Of a stretch of 39,662 bases of DNA, positions 36,135 to 39,662 are shown in pieces. The translations under genes and the position numbers were made by a program. Each line of letters starts with the position of its first letter. Position 1 is the first letter of the stretch. The notes below the pieces were generated by a model. It had not been told where the DNA came from. It did not search any database and was given only the letters and a program-made list of their open reading frames with translations. This DNA comes from Candidatus Thermosaccharophagus tengchongensis (lineage in GTDB: Bacteria > Armatimonadota > Fervidibacteria > Fervidibacterales > Thermosaccharophagaceae): the NCBI GenBank assembly GCA_032161105.1, contig JAVHTD010000026.1. One strand, written 5' to 3'.

Positions 36135-38270
36135 TCAGCGCAACTCAAAAATCAAGGGCATCCAAGGGTCAAGTGTAGCAGTCACTTGTGCTGCTACGCC
36201 ATGGTCTTGACCAGTGATGACATTGCGGATGCGGGCTTTTTTCGGGAAGGCAATACGAATTCGTTCAGGCTTTTCTATCGCCTCGTTCGTTGGGTAACCA
36301 ACGGAACGCATTTCATCGGCGCGAAATTCTGGGCTGCGAATTAGCGCGACATACTCGGCGTTAACACCCTTGTATCGCCAAATTTCAACGCAAGCGACCT
36401 CTTGTCCCGTATCAGCATTGACAACTTTGACCGGTGCTTCCGAGCCAGCCATCTTGAATAACCTTCGCACCAATTCACGGTGCGACCTTCCTTTAGGTGG
36501 CGAAAGCCGTAGTTTGCCGTAATCGCGCATGTCCAAGTTGAGGTAAATCGCAAACCCTTTGCCGTAACGGTTGACGATAGCCGCTGGTGCTTTCGCTTGA
36601 AACATTGGTTTGCCAGTCGTGGCGGAAATGTCTGGTTCATAAACCGCTAATGGCTCATCTTTTGTCACCCAAACCTCACCGCCACTTGGCATAGGTGACC
36701 AACCGACACTTTTTCTGACGATGCCGAACAAATCATCCAATTGCCCTTTCGGCAACCTCTTGCAATGTTCATCCATCGTTGCGGTCATATTGTCGGCAAT
36801 CACAACTCCGCCCCTTTGCACAAACGCCTTAATTTGTTCGCACTCTTTCGCTGACATGGCGACGGATTGCGGGAGCAACAAAACTTTGAAGTTGCGCCGC
36901 ATCAATTCACCTCGTTCAATCTGCTCGTATGAGACGAACGAGAATTGGAAGCCTAAATCTTCCGTGAGCCGGACAAAAGCGTCTCGCGCTTTGGCAAAGC
37001 GGGAGTGAACGGCTTCGTAAGACGAAAAACGCCTTGGCCAAGTATCGCCGTCTTCCCGCGAGTCAAACATCCAGTGGGCGCGAATGCTTGCTTGTGAGTA
37101 GTGAATTGCGATTGGGTCAATAACCGGCTCAAGTCTGAAAATCAACGGCGCAACAGTTTTGATCTCCTTAAAGATTGCAGCCAATCGCTTCCCACGCTCG
37201 GTTGGCGGCAAATCAGGTTTGCTTTTGTCAACGCATCGGCTCTTTTCGTCATCCCAAACGATACAGCCCTTGTCGCCATGAAGGAGCAACCACCAGAGCC
37301 TCAGCCTAATTCGGTCGTAATCCATTCCAAAAACCGTCGCCAAAATTGGCGAACCTTTCGGAATGAAAGAGCGGAAGATTTCTCGGCTGTTGCAAATGTC
37401 GTAAGGCTCAACCCAGTCAATCACTTGTGACAGTCGCCATAAATCGTAACCGCCCCAAGCACTCGGCATCTGTGTCCCTTCCAAACCGACCAGTGCATCC
37501 TTGTCAACTTGACGGATGATTTGTCGCATCCTCGCGATGGCTTGGGCGAAAGAGATGTCCATGAACTCACGGTGGTCAGCCCAAGGCGCGTAATTTTCAA
37601 GCCGTCCTGTCCTTAACGCTTCTCTTTCTCGCTCCTTGATTTCGTAAGTTATCATCGGGACAACTTCGTCCCACGAACTGAAATTTGTTTCCCACTCTCG
37701 GTTCAACGCTTCAAGCGAGCCATACCGGACTTTGAGCCACTCGCGAAATGCTTTCAGGGTGTGTTCGCAAAAGCAATAGTCCATTGGCGATGCGAAAGCG
37801 CCAATTGATGGCTCATCCTGCAGGTTGTAAAACAGCGGGCGATAAGGTGCGTAGCGTTGCGCCATTTCGGTCAGATACTTCGTGATTTCGTCCCAAAATG
37901 CGGGGTCGTTAAAGCACGGTTTTCGGATCAAAAATCTTTTGTCGCGCGTTTGCGTGTAGCCGCGAAAATCCTCATCGTAAAGTTTGCGCCGACCATGGTG
38001 GAACGCAAGTTGTGGAACAAGGTTTTCAACATAGAAGCCAAAGCCGTGTTGCACAAAAGGTTTTGGGTCTCGCCCGCGATAACATTGCTCCGCCGTGAAC
38101 TCCAACTCACGGAGCCGCTGAAACCAAAGCGAAAGATTTTCAGCAACTGGGTCAGTGCTCCACATGATGACTTGGTAGTTGCTCCAACGCGGCTCTAGTG
38201 GCTGAGCGAAAACAGCCAATAAAACGAACGCCAATGACCAAAGGAGCAGTCCAAATCCCCTCGCCATCAT
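36135..38270 (-). CDS. Secreted GH42-like protein (beta-galactosidase catalytic barrel plus trimerisation domain)
   Basis: Signal peptide; YNLQDEP, CFC..T..AFREWL..YGSLEALNREW, VGLEGTQ, IAIHYS, LLLPQSVAMS...FVQRGGVVIAD. Confidence 0.8.
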   Translation of the reverse strand: MMARGFGLLLWSLAFVLLAVFAQPLEPRWSNYQVIMWSTDPVAENLSLWFQRLRELEFTAEQCYRGRDPKPFVQHGFGFYVENLVPQLAFHHGRRKLYDEDFRGYTQTRDKRFLIRKPCFNDPAFWDEITKYLTEMAQRYAPYRPLFYNLQDEPSIGAFASPMDYCFCEHTLKAFREWLKVRYGSLEALNREWETNFSSWDEVVPMITYEIKEREREALRTGRLENYAPWADHREFMDISFAQAIARMRQIIRQVDKDALVGLEGTQMPSAWGGYDLWRLSQVIDWVEPYDICNSREIFRSFIPKGSPILATVFGMDYDRIRLRLWWLLLHGDKGCIVWDDEKSRCVDKSKPDLPPTERGKRLAAIFKEIKTVAPLIFRLEPVIDPIAIHYSQASIRAHWMFDSREDGDTWPRRFSSYEAVHSRFAKARDAFVRLTEDLGFQFSFVSYEQIERGELMRRNFKVLLLPQSVAMSAKECEQIKAFVQRGGVVIADNMTATMDEHCKRLPKGQLDDLFGIVRKSVGWSPMPSGGEVWVTKDEPLAVYEPDISATTGKPMFQAKAPAAIVNRYGKGFAIYLNLDMRDYGKLRLSPPKGRSHRELVRRLFKMAGSEAPVKVVNADTGQEVACVEIWRYKGVNAEYVALIRSPEFRADEMRSVGYPTNEAIEKPERIRIAFPKKARIRNVITGQDHGVAAQVTATLDPWMPLIFELR

Positions 38271-38358
38271 CGTAATCACCTACATCAGCCAATTTCGGTC
38301 GGGCAGGAACCCGACCCTCAGAAAATTCCATTTTCGGCAAGAACCTTACCTTCCAAGT

Positions 38359-39609
38359 TCACTGGACTTTGTCCAACCCATACAACCTTGCTGGGTTCTC
38401 GTAGAACCACATTCTCGCAAGCCACAACGCTTCGTCCAAATCCAACCTTCCCTCGTCTATCAGTTGAGCCAGCACACAAGCGATATTTTCGCGAGCCATG
38501 ACGAGGTGACCCCAAACTTTTTCAAGCGCCGGGGCGCTGTAATCGCCACCAAAAGCGATGATTTTGTTGACTGGCACAATGTCAACATACTCGGGTAGGG
38601 CAGAGCGAACCATCATCGGCGAGACAATGTGAGACCAGCAAAGGTTGAGGTAGACATTCGGGAAGTTTTTGCCGATGAAGGCAGTGTCGCGAACCCAAGG
38701 CATCCCCATGTGGTAAAGGTCAAATTTGGTTTCTGGGTGTCTTGAAAACTGCGGAATCATCAATCGCGGGTCAAGCCTCCTGAAATCGCCCCAAACACCA
38801 GAGTGGACAGCAACGACTAAGTCCAACTCGGCACACAACTTGAAAGTCTCTTCAGTCAAGAAAAGGTTCAAATCGCTTCTGTCCGCTTCTGATGCGTGCC
38901 CGTTCATGATGGCTTTAAACGCTTCTTCCGCCCTTTGGCGAGTTGGTGGTGGTTCTTTTCGCGGCAAAGCGCTCGTTTTAAGTCCGACGACCCGCTCGTT
39001 TTGTTTCCAAGTTTCAAGCCTTCGCCTCATCCAAGCAAGATAATCGTCAAGGGTTTTTACGGTCATGTTCAAACCCGCGCTGCGCCTTTCAACTTCCTCC
39101 CGAGACCTCACAAGTGCGACATAGTCAAGGGGCAGAATTGGGATGAGAAACGGTTCGGTGTAGTCAGTGCGTCCCGCTTGTGTGAGCGCGAACTTGGCTT
39201 TGCACCTTTCAACCAAAATCTTGCGGTAAATGCCCGGTTTGTTCATCTCAGCCATCTTCTCGGAAATTTCGCGGTAGTTTTGGCGGTTGATGTCGCTGTA
39301 GCCGTAAATGTCGCGCAAAGCAATGAAAGCGGGGCGAGCATATGAGCCGAAGCGAATGAAGGGCAGAAAGCGCTCAAGGATGCTAAAACGCTCATCAAGT
39401 GGAATTTCGGGGTTAAGCATTCTCTCATACTCGCTCGGGGTCATGCCCGCAGAAATGAGGTCATTTCGGGTGTAGTGGGAGAAAAGGAAGCAAACATCAA
39501 CCTTTAACTTCAACCGTTCGCTTTCTGGGGGAAGGTGTTCGTGGGCATCAATGATTTCCATCTGCGCCATCTCTTCCACCAACCGCTGCACCAACCCATG
39601 ATGCATCAT
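38359..39609 (-). CDS. Amidohydrolase-superfamily metal-dependent hydrolase (uronate-isomerase-like)
   Basis: IIDAHEH, VGLK, AVHSG, FDLYH, NVYLNLCW, NKIIAFGGD, ENPARLY; SD GGGGTGAGG before ATG 39609. Confidence 0.85.
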   Translation of the reverse strand: MMHHGLVQRLVEEMAQMEIIDAHEHLPPESERLKLKVDVCFLFSHYTRNDLISAGMTPSEYERMLNPEIPLDERFSILERFLPFIRFGSYARPAFIALRDIYGYSDINRQNYREISEKMAEMNKPGIYRKILVERCKAKFALTQAGRTDYTEPFLIPILPLDYVALVRSREEVERRSAGLNMTVKTLDDYLAWMRRRLETWKQNERVVGLKTSALPRKEPPPTRQRAEEAFKAIMNGHASEADRSDLNLFLTEETFKLCAELDLVVAVHSGVWGDFRRLDPRLMIPQFSRHPETKFDLYHMGMPWVRDTAFIGKNFPNVYLNLCWSHIVSPMMVRSALPEYVDIVPVNKIIAFGGDYSAPALEKVWGHLVMARENIACVLAQLIDEGRLDLDEALWLARMWFYENPARLYGLDKVQ

Positions 39610-39662
39610 CGTCCTCACCCCTTTCAAAGTTTCGTCCCCAACCAATGCAATTCCATGCCACT

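Noticed and set aside
1..39662. CRISPR array, tRNA/rRNA, IS element, prophage, defence system or stop-codon recoding
   Set aside because: No spaced repeats, structural RNA signatures, transposase/integrase motifs or interrupted genes seen; all gaps are about 400 bp or less

Overview
A densely coding, ~39.7 kb bacterial chromosomal window (standard code 11) with 28 credible CDS and no rRNA, tRNA, CRISPR array, integrase or transposase that I can see. A housekeeping core (uvrB, PfpI family, rnhB, dprA, comM, purL, mgtE, a LuxC-family reductase, several hypotheticals) is flanked on both sides by carbohydrate-active clusters. Left: a partial DUF4091/GH123-like protein missed by the ORF track, GH127, GH28-like, a Gfo/Idh/MocA oxidoreductase, a tandem GNAT and a PIG-L deacetylase. 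Right: a Zn-dependent dehydrogenase, a clan GH-A hydrolase, GH62, GH42-like and an amidohydrolase. Gene content and strong avoidance of 4-bp palindromes suggest a thermophilic polysaccharide degrader, possibly Armatimonadota/Fervidibacteria (inference). The most interesting signals are: (1) a perfect in-frame second Shine-Dalgarno + ATG right after the Tat-like signal of the GH127 gene, suggesting exported and cytoplasmic isoforms, with SD-like relics at the same place in two other CAZymes; (2) an NTF2-like + TFIIB/cyclin-like protein transcribed divergently from a comM-BamB-like-membrane protein-dprA run; (3) sharp AGCT-free blocks at both ends of the window marking mosaic origin; (4) an orphan LuxC-type reductase; (5) a non-canonical deacetylase/acetyltransferase pair. 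All family calls are motif recognition by eye, not database results. Start codons were chosen from SD spacing.
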